In this document: in pieces, positions 1 through 7,914 of the stretch
Layout: each line of letters begins with the position of its first letter
Position numbering within the stretch: position 1 is the first letter of the stretch
From: Minisyncoccota bacterium
GTDB taxonomy: Bacteria; Patescibacteriota; Minisyncoccia; Phycocordibacterales; UBA6065
Length of the DNA stretch: 29,479 nucleotides
Assembly (NCBI GenBank): GCA_035765615.1
Contig: DASTXF010000082.1
Coordinates: 1-29,479, forward strand
Direction: 5' to 3'
Notes under the pieces: model-generated
Told to the model about the DNA's origin: nothing
Seen by the model: the letters and a program-made list of their open reading frames with translations, nothing else
The model's database searches: none
Translations under genes and position numbers: made by a program

Positions 1-2
1 TC

Positions 3-110
3 TACACGACCGTGAACGCCGCATGGCCTCGCGGTTTCCACCCTTTTACGGCCTACGCCGTGAAAGCAACTGCACCTACAACCGAAACTGAAGGAAAGGA
101 GACTGAATAG
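3..110 (+). CDS. 3' end of a gene truncated by the window edge (…YTTVNAAWPRGFHPFTAYAVKATAPTTETEGKETE*); possibly the kinase-like partner of the vWA/PurA-like operon
   Basis: The frame is open from base 3 to TAG at 108-110, and the next ATG is at 112 with AAGGAG embedded in this tail. The product guess rests only on my recollection of similar operons and is weak. Confidence 0.5.
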   Translation, partial: YTTVNAAWPRGFHPFTAYAVKATAPTTETEGKETE

Positions 111-111
111 T

Positions 112-1239
112 ATGGGAGAACATGTGCTTTCTAAGGAAGCCTACACGCGCGTCGCCGATTCTGTGCGAAGCGAAGGGGGCTCCGCCACCCGTCGCGGGGA
201 ACAGCGTCTCGAATCAGGCAAGGGGCTCGATCCTCTTGTCGATCCGAAAGGCTTCGGCGCCATCAGGCGTTCGATTTCCCGCAAGGAAAAGCGCGGAGAC
301 CACTTCGTGCTCACCGTCGGCACGGCAATGCTCCTCGAGACCCAATTCGACGGCACGAGTTCCATGCGGGACAACGTCGACCTGGCGTTCGGGTCGCTTC
401 CGAAGGGGTACCATCTCCTCAAGGAAGCGGACAATGCACCGCTCGCGCGCTACGATCTGCAGAACATCAACGGCGTCTTCAACGACATCGGTGACAGCGT
501 TCTGCTTACCCGCTCGCAAGCGGAAATGGACGAGAAGATCGCGGAACAGCTCCGCCTTCTCATTCCGTGCCGGGCCGGAGGCGACATTGAGGAAGATCCG
601 CATTACGGACTCTTCGGTGCGGCCTACCTCACGGCGGCCGAAATCGTGAAGTACGGCCTCAAGTCGTATCATTTCACGGCCACGGATGCGCCGGGGCGGC
701 ACGAGACCATCTGGTCCGAGCTGCGCCGCGTGTACGGAGACGACGTGCTCGATATCGTCGAGTCGAATGGCTTCCAGATGAAAAAGGGAAGTCTGCCATC
801 GACGACCGAAATCGTGGCTGAGCTTCTGAAACGGGCGCATGCGTTCGTGATCCAGATCGGCAGCGATTCGGATACGGCGCGGTTCTGGACGGAAATCTAC
901 GGCCCCGAACGGGTCGTGACCATTCCGACGGCGCGGCACATCGCGGAGACGGAAGCGGCCATTGTCGGCCTCACCGAAGGAACCCTCGACCTTCAAGGTC
1001 TCGAGGAATTCCTCGTTGAGGAAGGCAAGCTGTCGCATTCCTCGGCAGGCCTCATCAGAGAGGCTGTCGCGGGCATTCCGATTGGCGCGCAGGCGGCCTT
1101 GCCGAATTTCGGCAAGATCCCGCTCAAGGGCGCCAAGTTCGCCCAGAAGAGCGATCTCTGGCCGATCGACGCCAAAGAGCCGGCCGCTGCGAAACCCGCA
1201 GTCAAAGCCGGACCCAAGAAGGGAATGTGGCGCCCATAA
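112..1239 (+). CDS. vWA (von Willebrand A)-type domain protein, 375 aa
   Basis: MIDAS-like FDGTSSM (nt 346-366) follows a hydrophobic strand. Downstream blocks (DLQ..NGVFND, SQAEMDE, AGGD.E, KSYHFTATD) follow the pattern of vWA proteins I recall next to PurA-like genes. SD AAGGAG is present. Confidence 0.75.
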   Translation: MGEHVLSKEAYTRVADSVRSEGGSATRRGEQRLESGKGLDPLVDPKGFGAIRRSISRKEKRGDHFVLTVGTAMLLETQFDGTSSMRDNVDLAFGSLPKGYHLLKEADNAPLARYDLQNINGVFNDIGDSVLLTRSQAEMDEKIAEQLRLLIPCRAGGDIEEDPHYGLFGAAYLTAAEIVKYGLKSYHFTATDAPGRHETIWSELRRVYGDDVLDIVESNGFQMKKGSLPSTTEIVAELLKRAHAFVIQIGSDSDTARFWTEIYGPERVVTIPTARHIAETEAAIVGLTEGTLDLQGLEEFLVEEGKLSHSSAGLIREAVAGIPIGAQAALPNFGKIPLKGAKFAQKSDLWPIDAKEPAAAKPAVKAGPKKGMWRP

Positions 1240-1251
1240 GCGCCTTCCCGC

Positions 1252-1276
1252 AAGGGCGGCCCGAAAAGCCGCCCTT
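1252..1276 (+). terminator. Intercistronic GC stem-loop (weak terminator or mRNA stabiliser)
   Basis: AAGGGCGGC/GCCGCCCTT 9-bp stem with a 7-nt loop, followed by an imperfect T tract TCACTTT. Confidence 0.5.
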
Positions 1277-1287
1277 TCACTTTACCG

Positions 1288-2685
1288 ATGCACACCAAAC
1301 AGATATTCACCGTCACCGACCTCGGGGGAGGCGACGGAGGAAAGGGAGGAATCGTCCATAAGATCGCCATCGAGACAAATGCCCATACCGTTCTCAAGGT
1401 AGGCGGCGCCCAAGGCAGCCATGGCGTTCGCACTTCGCGCGGCGAAGCGTTTAACTTCAGCCAATGGGGCTGCGGAACATTCGAAGGCGTGCCAACCCAT
1501 GTCACGAGCCTCATGGTCATTGACCCTGTTGGCTTCGTGCATGAGGGCAACCGCCTGCGCTTCCAGCACGGCGTTCCGAACGCCTTCGACATGATCACTG
1601 TCGACGAAAACTGCCTCTGCGCGACGTCATTTCATGGCATCGCATCCCGCCTGCGCGAACTTGCGCGGAAAGGGAAGCAGAAAGGCACCGTCGGCGTGGG
1701 GATCGGCGAAGCGAAGCTCGATTCCGAGCTTCGTCCCGATCTCGCGATCTATGCGAAGGACCTCGGCAGTCCCGATTTATTTGATCGGATCGAAGCAGTC
1801 CGAAAGCACAAGCTTTCGGAGCTGTCGGAAATCATCGAAAATATCAGGGATCTCTGGCCGAACGATCTCAGCCTTGCCGAGCGTGAGATTGATCTCTTGA
1901 ACGACGAAGGCTATTCGCGATGGATCACAGCGAAGTTCCACGAAATGAAATCGAGGACTCGCATTGTTCCTGCTGAATACCTATCGCGCGAGATTCTTTC
2001 GAAAGACGGCACTGCTGTCGTCGAGAGTTCCCACGGCGTCCTCACCGACAAGTACTACGGATTCCATCCGTACGTATCACGGCTGCGGACATTGCCGGAA
2101 GCGACAGCGGGCCTCCTTCGGTCAGCCGGTTACGATGGTGAAATCGTGCGTCTCGGGGTAACCCGGGCGTATCAGATTCGCCACGGCGCCGGTCCTCTTG
2201 TGACCGAGTCTTCCGAGCTCACGGACAAATTGCTGCCCGGAAGCCACAAGAACGAGAATCGCTGGCAAGGGAAGGTTCGTGTCGGGCCGCTCGACTTCGT
2301 AGCCTTGCGCTACGCTGTCGATGTCTGCGGCGGACCGGGTGCGTTCGATGGTATCGCTGTCACTTGGTTCGACCAGATTCTTGTCGCAGGCGCGTGGCGC
2401 ATGTGCGACCGGTATCTGAAAACGAATGGTTCCGAGTTCTTTTCTTCCGATGGCCGAACGATTAATGTTCGGCGCGGCGAAGACGAAAGCCAGATCCGCC
2501 GTCAGGCGGAACTTGCGGAGGCGCTCTTCAAGTGCGCTCCTGCGATTGATTCGCACGAGCCTCTCGGAAAGGGTGACGAAGCAAAAGCGACCGAGCTTTG
2601 CTCCGCGGTCTTCGATGAAAAACTCGGAGTTCCGGTACGGATGATATCCTTCGGATCGACCGAGGATGGCAAGGTTTGTCTTTAG
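1288..2685 (+). CDS. Adenylosuccinate synthetase-like (divergent PurA family) protein, 465 aa
   Basis: P-loop DLGGGDGGKG (PurA: WGDEGKG), GGAQGSH (PurA: GxNAGH), GTVGVGIG, ESSHGVLTD..YGFHPY (PurA: EGAQGxxLD..xGxYPY), C-terminal ISFG. Confidence 0.85.
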   Translation: MHTKQIFTVTDLGGGDGGKGGIVHKIAIETNAHTVLKVGGAQGSHGVRTSRGEAFNFSQWGCGTFEGVPTHVTSLMVIDPVGFVHEGNRLRFQHGVPNAFDMITVDENCLCATSFHGIASRLRELARKGKQKGTVGVGIGEAKLDSELRPDLAIYAKDLGSPDLFDRIEAVRKHKLSELSEIIENIRDLWPNDLSLAEREIDLLNDEGYSRWITAKFHEMKSRTRIVPAEYLSREILSKDGTAVVESSHGVLTDKYYGFHPYVSRLRTLPEATAGLLRSAGYDGEIVRLGVTRAYQIRHGAGPLVTESSELTDKLLPGSHKNENRWQGKVRVGPLDFVALRYAVDVCGGPGAFDGIAVTWFDQILVAGAWRMCDRYLKTNGSEFFSSDGRTINVRRGEDESQIRRQAELAEALFKCAPAIDSHEPLGKGDEAKATELCSAVFDEKLGVPVRMISFGSTEDGKVCL

Positions 2686-2694
2686 GACGATTGC

Positions 2695-2726
2695 AAGGCG
2701 GAAACTCCACGTTTCCGCCTTTTTTC
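2695..2726 (+). terminator. Rho-independent terminator
   Basis: AAGGCGGAAAC/GTTTCCGCCTT stem plus T run, just after the stop at 2685. Confidence 0.85.
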
Positions 2727-2754
2727 TTGCCCGGTTTTTATCTCGCCTCGATCA

Positions 2755-2783
2755 TTGACGCTAGTGTGTCTTTATGGTAAAAG
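2755..2783 (+). promoter_or_regulatory. Probable sigma70 promoter for the 2857 gene
   Basis: TTGACG-17 nt-TAAAAG with TG extended -10. Confidence 0.45.
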
Positions 2784-2856
2784 GTGAAAAGAGCTTATTC
2801 TAAGCCCTCAAGCCCTTTGTCAGTGTCAGTGGATCCACAAACACAAGGAGTAAAAA

Positions 2857-4083
2857 ATGGCACCTGCAGAAAGCAGCCCCGCGGCACCCGCCGCGGCCCC
2901 CAATGCCTGGGAAGAACGCATCAAGGCGTTCTCCGAGGCAGTTTCGAAACCGGCCGATGACATCGTCACGGCCTTGAAGCCCCTGGTGGGCGAACCCGGA
3001 CCGGCGGCCCTCGCGGCCCTCTCCGATCCCACGGCGGTGACCGACACCGATCTCCAGGAAGCCCTCTCGAAGGGCGGCCCGGCGATCCCGCTCGGCATCC
3101 TCCGCAAGAACCTGTCCAAGCTCCGCGGCCCGCAGATCGCGGGCGAGCCGGCCACGGCCGAACGCGCGCACTCGTTTGATGCCTTGCCCTCGGTTCCCGA
3201 GGACGCGAGCTTCCTCGAGATGCTCAAGGTCGGCGGCAGTCTCAAGGTCGGCAAGGTCGAAGTGATCTCCGCCATGAAGGCGGCGATCGCCGAACAGCTC
3301 GGACTCTTCGACATTCCGACGACGCTCACCGAGAAGATGGAATCGTTCGCCGAGGCGCAGGAAGAGCCCGTCGGCCCGGACTTCTACACGCTCAGGAAGC
3401 TCATCGCTCGCCGGAGCTACGCCGAAGTCCTCGCTGTCCTCGACGTGCCGGGTGATTTCGTCACCGCCGGCCGCCGCTCGGCCTTCCTCGAGAAGCTCAA
3501 CACGCTTCTCTGGCCGGAACTCGCGAGTTTCCACCGCCAATTGGTGGGGTGGTCCGACTCGTGGAATACCGGCGCGGCGAATCCCGGCCTGGCCCTCACC
3601 ATGATGGCGATGGCGCAGTCGGGCAATCGCATGGCCATGCCACCTGGCATGCTCCAGCCGCCGGATACTTCGGCGGTTCGCGATTCGGCCGAGGCGCTCA
3701 TCAACACCATCAACAAGGTGTTCGCCGGCTTCGGCATTCCCGTCGCCCGCGCGCTCGCCTACGACGCGACCAAGATCAAGGAGGTGCTGGAGAACAACAA
3801 GCTCCCGCCTGCGATCGGCGCGACGAACAAGGACCAGATGCTCAAGATGCTCGGCATCGCGGTCGGCGCGGATTATGTCCGCACCGAGCGGAACATCACC
3901 CGGTACACCCTGGCGGCCATGGAGCTCAAGGACGTCCCGGGCGGCAACGAGGAATACGCCTATCTCGGCGCGCTCCTCCAGCTCGGTCTCACCATCCAGT
4001 GGGACAAGCTGCCGGGCGGCGTCGCCACCCGTGCCGGAATCGGCCGCGGGACGCGGAACGGCATTCACGAACGGGCCTTGTAG
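2857..4083 (+). CDS. Hypothetical alpha-helical protein, 408 aa, with a possible N-terminal SAM-like domain
   Basis: Long ORF with strongly biased G/C-ending codons, SD AAGGAG, and its own promoter and terminator. Segment LAALSD..VTDTDLQEAL…IPLGILRKNLSKLR resembles a SAM helix pattern. Confidence 0.85.
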   Translation: MAPAESSPAAPAAAPNAWEERIKAFSEAVSKPADDIVTALKPLVGEPGPAALAALSDPTAVTDTDLQEALSKGGPAIPLGILRKNLSKLRGPQIAGEPATAERAHSFDALPSVPEDASFLEMLKVGGSLKVGKVEVISAMKAAIAEQLGLFDIPTTLTEKMESFAEAQEEPVGPDFYTLRKLIARRSYAEVLAVLDVPGDFVTAGRRSAFLEKLNTLLWPELASFHRQLVGWSDSWNTGAANPGLALTMMAMAQSGNRMAMPPGMLQPPDTSAVRDSAEALINTINKVFAGFGIPVARALAYDATKIKEVLENNKLPPAIGATNKDQMLKMLGIAVGADYVRTERNITRYTLAAMELKDVPGGNEEYAYLGALLQLGLTIQWDKLPGGVATRAGIGRGTRNGIHERAL

Positions 4084-4104
4084 AAGGGTTCCCTCAAACA
4101 AAAC

Positions 4105-4135
4105 GCCGGACAACCAATGGTTGTCCGGCTTTTTT
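4105..4135 (+). terminator. Rho-independent terminator between convergent genes
   Basis: GCCGGACAACC/GGTTGTCCGGC 11-bp perfect stem plus TTTTTT; A-rich run upstream suggests it is bidirectional. Confidence 0.9.
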
Positions 4136-4139
4136 ATTC

Positions 4140-5912
4140 CTACCGCGAGATGTGAGGCAGGAAGACTTTCTTGAGGAACAGCTTCGAAGCAAGGCGGCGA
4201 TAGCCCGGATCCCAGAAGGATACGTTCGTCGCCAGAGCATCGGACTTCGGAACGAATTCCGACGTCCGTTCCGGGTTCGATCGGGCATACCCTTTGTGCA
4301 TAAGGCGATAGAGCAGGATGTCCCGCTCCATCTCGAGAAGCCAGACCGTCCGGGCGCTTTGCCCGAGGATCCGTTCAGAGCCGTTTGCGTAGAGGTACCG
4401 TTCGAGCACATCGGCGAAGAGCCTCCGCAGGACGCTTTCTTCGCCCGTCCAGATGCTTCCGAAGAGGACATGAACGAGCGTGCTGTCGCCCTGCGTGCGG
4501 TCAGGATCAGGGAAATCCCTGATCCTGAGGCCGCGCTCATCGCTTTCGAGCCAGAAGTCCACAGGCATTCCGATGCCAAGCGGCTCCAGGGTTTCCTTCA
4601 GGAGTTTCTGGATGGCAGCTCGATGCTCGTACGGCACGCCAGGCTTCACGAATATCGCCGTGTCGAGGTCGGCGGTGCGACTCCCGTATCCCTTGATGCG
4701 AGAACCGTACGCGATCGCGACGGGCAGAACATAAGCGCCCGCTTCGCTGTGGGCGATAGCTTGCGCGATCGATGAATACTCATCGACTTCGATTGAGCCA
4801 AGGGCCACGCCGCCTTCGAGATCGGGCATTTGGAGCCCGAGGGTCGAAAGGATGTCTGCCTCCGCGACGCCTCCGGCAACAAGCCGGAAAAACGCGCTTT
4901 CGGCAGCGTCGGCTGTTTCCTGGTCGGCATCCGTAAGGCACGCGGCGAGAAAGGGCTTGAACGAAGGGAAGAGGTCGGGAGCAGTCTCGGTGGCCATTTG
5001 CGCCACGAGAATGCCGATCATTGTCATATCGGCATCTTCCTGACCAAGGTTTTGCAGAAACGCGTCGGCCGAGATGGTTCCCGCCTTGAGAAGCAGGGAA
5101 ATATCTTTGGCAGCCCGGCGTATTGCCGCAGCCTTGTCGCGTTTCATTTCCCAGGCGATCCTCGTCTTCGGTTTCCCAAAATAGAGGTGAGAATCCTGGC
5201 TTTCCTTGATCTCTTCGCGCGCCAAGGCGAGCCGTTCAGAGAGCCGTGTCGAATCGTAATGCTCCGAAGGTTTCGGATCATTGCCGATGCAGTCGATGGC
5301 TTCCATCGCGCTTTTTCGGAGGGTGAGGTTGTCTGCCGAATCACGGATGAATTCCGCTTCTTCGCGCGAAATGAATCCTTTCGCGATAAGAATCGGAATG
5401 AAGTGCGCGGCTTTGACCACGCGGGGCAAGGGGCCCGTGCGCATTTCCGCCTCGGGTATGTCCCCGTCAACGAAATTGGCCCGGGTGTCCTCGCACGAAA
5501 GAAGCTCGTGCCACGCCCGCAGGTACGAATCGCGGAAACGGCTTGCCGCTGCGGCAAGTTTGATTTCCGTGGGTTTCCAGTCTCGCTCCGGGAGGAGCTC
5601 GAAGGGAAGGTAGAGGACAAGCCGGTCGCTCCAGGGTTCCGCGTGCAAGTAGAACGCGAGCCGCTGGTATGCGGAGGCGGCTTCGATCTCAGTTACGAGA
5701 CCTGCAGCGACAGCCTTTTGGAGGCTCATCGAGGGATTGGGAATCCGCCGAAAGAGCGAGTCGAGGTCGTCGATGGCCAATCTGCGCCATTCAGCGTATT
5801 TCCTGAGCCACGAGTCGTCGAGGACGCTTTTCCTCCAGAACGAATCTTGGCCGGGATTAAGAAGCGAGTCGACCGGGGGCCGAATCGCCAGAAAACATTC
5901 TGTTTGCTTCAT
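4140..5912 (-). CDS. Pol-beta superfamily nucleotidyltransferase domain protein, 590 aa, with a long helical N-terminal region
   Basis: YGSRIKGYGSRTADLDTAIF = hGS…DxD motif (nt 4662-4706); candidate third acid in PVDFW. Confidence 0.8.
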   Translation of the reverse strand: MKQTECFLAIRPPVDSLLNPGQDSFWRKSVLDDSWLRKYAEWRRLAIDDLDSLFRRIPNPSMSLQKAVAAGLVTEIEAASAYQRLAFYLHAEPWSDRLVLYLPFELLPERDWKPTEIKLAAAASRFRDSYLRAWHELLSCEDTRANFVDGDIPEAEMRTGPLPRVVKAAHFIPILIAKGFISREEAEFIRDSADNLTLRKSAMEAIDCIGNDPKPSEHYDSTRLSERLALAREEIKESQDSHLYFGKPKTRIAWEMKRDKAAAIRRAAKDISLLLKAGTISADAFLQNLGQEDADMTMIGILVAQMATETAPDLFPSFKPFLAACLTDADQETADAAESAFFRLVAGGVAEADILSTLGLQMPDLEGGVALGSIEVDEYSSIAQAIAHSEAGAYVLPVAIAYGSRIKGYGSRTADLDTAIFVKPGVPYEHRAAIQKLLKETLEPLGIGMPVDFWLESDERGLRIRDFPDPDRTQGDSTLVHVLFGSIWTGEESVLRRLFADVLERYLYANGSERILGQSARTVWLLEMERDILLYRLMHKGYARSNPERTSEFVPKSDALATNVSFWDPGYRRLASKLFLKKVFLPHISR

Positions 5913-6026
5913 GTGTAAAGGAATTCTTTCCCCTTTCTATAACGAATATTAAGCTATGTCAAATTATCTTTGGCTCGTGGAATTTTAACTTTCGACAGAC
6001 ATCTGCTATAGTCAAAACCCAATATT

Positions 6027-7124
6027 ATGTCTCTTTCAATCGGCATCGTCGGTCTCCCAAACGTAGGCAAATCAACCCTTTTCAACGCCCTTACTCGAAA
6101 GAGCGTTCTTGTGGCGAATTATCCGTTCGCAACTATCGATCCGTCAGTTGGCGTCGTCGCCGTCCCTGACCTGCGCCTGTGGAAGCTTTCGGAATTTTCG
6201 AAATCGAAAAAAACCGTTCCGGCTGCGGTTGAATTCGTTGATATTGCGGGCCTTGTGAAAGGCGCGGCCCAAGGCGAAGGCCTCGGCAACAAATTCCTTT
6301 CGAATATCCGCGAGACTGACGCTATTGCCGAAGTTGTGCGTATATTCGAGGACGACGATATCATTCATGTTTCGAACAAGATCGATCCGCTCCGCGACAT
6401 AGAAGTCATCAATATGGAGCTCATTTTCGCCGATCTCGATACGGTGACCAAACGCATGCAGAATATCGGCAAGGACGTGAAGGCTGGAAAAAAGGAAGCC
6501 GCGATCGAAATGAAGCTTTTGGAGCGTTTGAAGCCGTCGCTTGAAGCGGGGAATCTCGCGTCGACGGTTTCCGCAGACGAATTCGAAGCGCCGTTCTTGC
6601 GCCAACTCCATCTCCTCACTTCCAAGAAAATCCTTTATGTTTTGAATAAGAAAAGCGGCGGCAGGAACCTTGATGAAATGAAAGACGAGCGCTATACGAA
6701 ACTCATCGATTTCATTGAGAAGAGCAAGGCAGGCTACGTCATCGTCGATGCGGGCATCGAACACGATTTGAAAGACATGTCGGACGCAGAGAAAGCCGAA
6801 ATGCGCCAGGGGCTCGGCGGTATCGATAATGGCATCGATAACCTCATCAAGAAAAGCTACGAAATTCTCGGCCTCATTTCGTATTTCACGACGGGTGAAG
6901 ACGAAACGCGCGGTTGGACGATTCAGAAAGGCTGGACGGCGCCTCTTGCGGGCACGGCTATTCATACGGATTTCAAAGACAAATTCGTGCGCGCTGAAGT
7001 AATCGAGTGGGACAAGCTTCTTGCGGCCGGCTCATATGCTGCCGCACGCGAAAAAGGCCTCATCAGGACCGAAGGCAAGGAATACATCGTAAAAGACGGC
7101 GACGTGATCGAGTTCAAGATTTAA
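6027..7124 (+). CDS. ychF: Obg-family redox-regulated ATPase YchF
   Basis: GIVGLPNVGKSTLFNALT, ANYPFATIDP, DIAGLVKGA..GEGLGNKFL, C-terminal EGKEYIVKDGDVIEFK. Confidence 0.98.
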   Translation: MSLSIGIVGLPNVGKSTLFNALTRKSVLVANYPFATIDPSVGVVAVPDLRLWKLSEFSKSKKTVPAAVEFVDIAGLVKGAAQGEGLGNKFLSNIRETDAIAEVVRIFEDDDIIHVSNKIDPLRDIEVINMELIFADLDTVTKRMQNIGKDVKAGKKEAAIEMKLLERLKPSLEAGNLASTVSADEFEAPFLRQLHLLTSKKILYVLNKKSGGRNLDEMKDERYTKLIDFIEKSKAGYVIVDAGIEHDLKDMSDAEKAEMRQGLGGIDNGIDNLIKKSYEILGLISYFTTGEDETRGWTIQKGWTAPLAGTAIHTDFKDKFVRAEVIEWDKLLAAGSYAAAREKGLIRTEGKEYIVKDGDVIEFKI

Positions 7125-7133
7125 AAACGCTCC

Positions 7134-7604
7134 ATGAATTATTGGCTCGTAAAATCGGAAGGCGAGTGTTATTCGATCGACGATTTAAGACGAGATAAAC
7201 GCACTGCGTGGGAAGGCATCCGTAATTTCCAGGCGCGGAATTTTATGAAAGATGGCATGAAGATCGGAGACTTGGTGCTTTTCTATCATTCGATGTCGGA
7301 GCCTACGGGTGTTTATGGAATCGCACGGGTTCTGAGCGCGCCGCATATCGATGCATCCGCGCTTGATCCTAAGGACGAACATTACGATCCGAAGGCAGTG
7401 AAGTACCAAAAAGAAGGAAAGGATCCATTGTGGTCTTGCGTCGATCTTGAATTCGTCAGGAAATTCGATCGGCCGGTGTCGCTCGAAGAGATAAAAAGCA
7501 ATCGCGCTCTCGATGGCATCCTCGTTGCGCGCCGAGGACAAAGACTCTCCGTCATGCCAGTTATCGAGAGTCATTTCAAGACAATCGAGAAGATGGCCGG
7601 GTAA
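7134..7604 (+). CDS. EVE domain (PUA-like) protein
   Basis: MNYWLVKSE…WEGIRNFQARNFM..MKIGDLVLFYHS…RLSVMPV is the typical EVE pattern. Confidence 0.93.
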   Translation: MNYWLVKSEGECYSIDDLRRDKRTAWEGIRNFQARNFMKDGMKIGDLVLFYHSMSEPTGVYGIARVLSAPHIDASALDPKDEHYDPKAVKYQKEGKDPLWSCVDLEFVRKFDRPVSLEEIKSNRALDGILVARRGQRLSVMPVIESHFKTIEKMAG

Positions 7605-7605
7605 T

Positions 7606-7634
7606 TTGACGCGTATATCGAGTCGTGACAGTAT
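7606..7634 (+). promoter_or_regulatory. Probable promoter for the small ORF at 7700
   Basis: TTGACG-17 nt-CAGTAT with TG extension. Confidence 0.45.
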
Positions 7635-7699
7635 GCCTTCGGACTAGGATTCTTATCCTATTTGCTTGTCCGGCCTCATCCAAGTGAAAGGACTGTCAC

Positions 7700-7873
7700 A
7701 TGTTGGAACAGCTCAAGACAATGCTTAGACTCATGATCGCCGACGACGAAATGTTCGATCTCGCGGCCCGGGCGCTCAAGAAGACCCACGATGCGCTCGT
7801 GAAAAACGGGTTCACCGAGGAACAGGCGACGCTTATCGTCGCGCACCAGGGCATCGGCGGGAAGACGAGTTGA
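7700..7873 (+). CDS. Small hypothetical protein, 57 aa (MLEQLKTMLRLMIADDEMFDLAARALKKTHDALVKNGFTEEQATLIVAHQGIGGKTS); not in the supplied ORF track
   Basis: Hand-translated. SD AAAGGA lies 7 nt before ATG, codon usage is host-like, and the sequence is amphipathic-helical with a GFTEEQA motif. Confidence 0.75.
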   Translation: MLEQLKTMLRLMIADDEMFDLAARALKKTHDALVKNGFTEEQATLIVAHQGIGGKTS

Positions 7874-7880
7874 CGTCAGA

Positions 7881-7909
7881 TTGACAGAAATCGTCCCCTA
7901 GCGTAATCT
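7881..7909 (+). promoter_or_regulatory. Sigma70 promoter for the non-coding unit
   Basis: TTGACA (7881-7886), 17 nt, TAATCT (7904-7909). Confidence 0.7.
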
Positions 7910-7914
7910 CACCG

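Noticed and set aside
1288-2685. PurZ (2-aminoadenine, Z-genome) assignment
   Set aside because: PurZ replaces the P-loop Asp with Ser; here the Asp is retained, and no dATPase or phage polymerase context is visible.
2800-5918. Long antisense or alternate-frame ORFs (2800-4113, 3549-4775, 4830-5918)
   Set aside because: These are shadow frames of GC-rich, codon-biased genes; they cross terminators and have no motifs or start signals.
7141-7620. Apparent excess of TCGA/ATCGAT words (HIP1-like repeat)
   Set aside because: Largely explained by preferred NTC codons followed by GAN codons plus TCG/CGA usage; a codon-aware count would be needed to claim more.
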